From positions 1-56,547 of the IMG/VR virus record IMGVR_UViG_3300003894_000008: a DNA stretch of 56,547 nucleotides; one strand, 5' to 3'. Both the position numbers and the translations under genes were made by a program. The stretch is from a virus. Lineage: Duplodnaviria > Caudoviricetes. The notes under the pieces were generated by a model, which had not been told where the DNA came from, did not search any database, and saw only the letters and a list, made by a program, of their open reading frames with translations. This document shows, one piece after another, positions 55,757-56,547 of the stretch (within the stretch, counting starts at the first letter, position 1; the number at the start of each line of letters is the position of its first letter).

Positions 55757-56547
55757 TTAGTCCAGCGCGACATAAGCAACCCTCGGTCGCCCAGCCTTGC
55801 CTGTATGGATTGTCTCCTTTGATGCGAGTTCGGCATCAACCAATGCCGACAGGATCTCCTTCATGTCCTTTGGTTTATGTGTGCTGAACGGTGGGCGCTT
55901 CTGCATTTCCGTCCATGAAACGCCATGCTCACCGGCTTCTCTTATAGCGAGCAAGATGGATTTCTTATTCCCTTCAAACTCAGATCCGGATACGCGCATC
56001 TTGAGGACTGATATCGTCTGATTGACACAGAACTTGACGTATTCCATCGCCCAGTTCGTCTCGATGTCCTCGATCACGGTCGCATCCGGATCTTTTGCAA
56101 GAGCGCATATCAAAGCGATCCTCATGGAAAATTCCCTGATCCGTGAGGGCAATTCCTCCAAGCCGTAAGGCTCAAGCTCATTGCACATCGACACGCGCAG
56201 CTTATCAAACTCCTTAAGCACCCTTGTCGCGGGACCACTGAAGGGTATTGTGATAATGTCAGGTCGTTCTGATGAAGACACCGTTCCAGCGTCATAACCT
56301 GCTCTTCTATTCACCTTCTCGATCCAGTCAGTGATTCTATGTGGCACTTCGATAATGCCCTTTAATTCGTGAACCATTCTCGGTTGGTTCGATTGATGAA
56401 TTAAAAGCCTGCCGATAAAACCATCTGCAACACTCGTGGAGTTTAGATTCCGATACAGCGTCACGGGAGTCGTCATTGCTAACATCGTGATCGCTGGGTT
56501 GTGTACTTTACGGTTTATTAATTCTTCTGCCTTGTCCTTGGTCAATC
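55757..56547 (-). CDS. primase-associated helicase C-terminal part (DUF3987-like), 5' end outside the window
   Basis: VHNPAITMLAMTTP, DGFIGRLL, RIALI, winged-helix-like end GRPR. Confidence 0.7.
   Translation of the reverse strand, partial: LTKDKAEELINRKVHNPAITMLAMTTPVTLYRNLNSTSVADGFIGRLLIHQSNQPRMVHELKGIIEVPHRITDWIEKVNRRAGYDAGTVSSSERPDIITIPFSGPATRVLKEFDKLRVSMCNELEPYGLEELPSRIREFSMRIALICALAKDPDATVIEDIETNWAMEYVKFCVNQTISVLKMRVSGSEFEGNKKSILLAIREAGEHGVSWTEMQKRPPFSTHKPKDMKEILSALVDAELASKETIHTGKAGRPRVAYVALD

Overview
The window is most of a temperate, P22/N4-capsid-type podovirus-like phage genome (both ends cut inside genes). An alphaproteobacterial host is likely but is my inference from gene families. 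Layout: (i) 1-7.2 kb, a leftward early operon of about 24 small genes containing a diverged tandem duplication and four covarying intergenic hairpins; (ii) 7.2-7.6 kb, an AT-rich origin/promoter region; (iii) 7.7-43.4 kb, a rightward late arm with VRR-NUC, TerS, TerL, portal, scaffold, N4-gp56-type capsid, adaptor, tail hub, fibre, ejection proteins, a 3797-aa methyltransferase/Strawberry-notch helicase protein, a phosphoesterase and lysis genes; (iv) 43.5-54.7 kb, a leftward arm with attP-like site, integrase, dNMP kinase, methyltransferase, helicase, Cas4-like nuclease, SSB and Sak4; then a CI-like repressor and a truncated primase-helicase. The most unusual signals are two essential morphogenesis genes (TerL and the tail hub), each split into two intact ORFs around ordinary-looking inserted genes with no intron, intein or homing-endonuclease signature, and the hairpin-punctuated, cassette-like early array. 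All family assignments come from motif recognition by eye, not from database searches.
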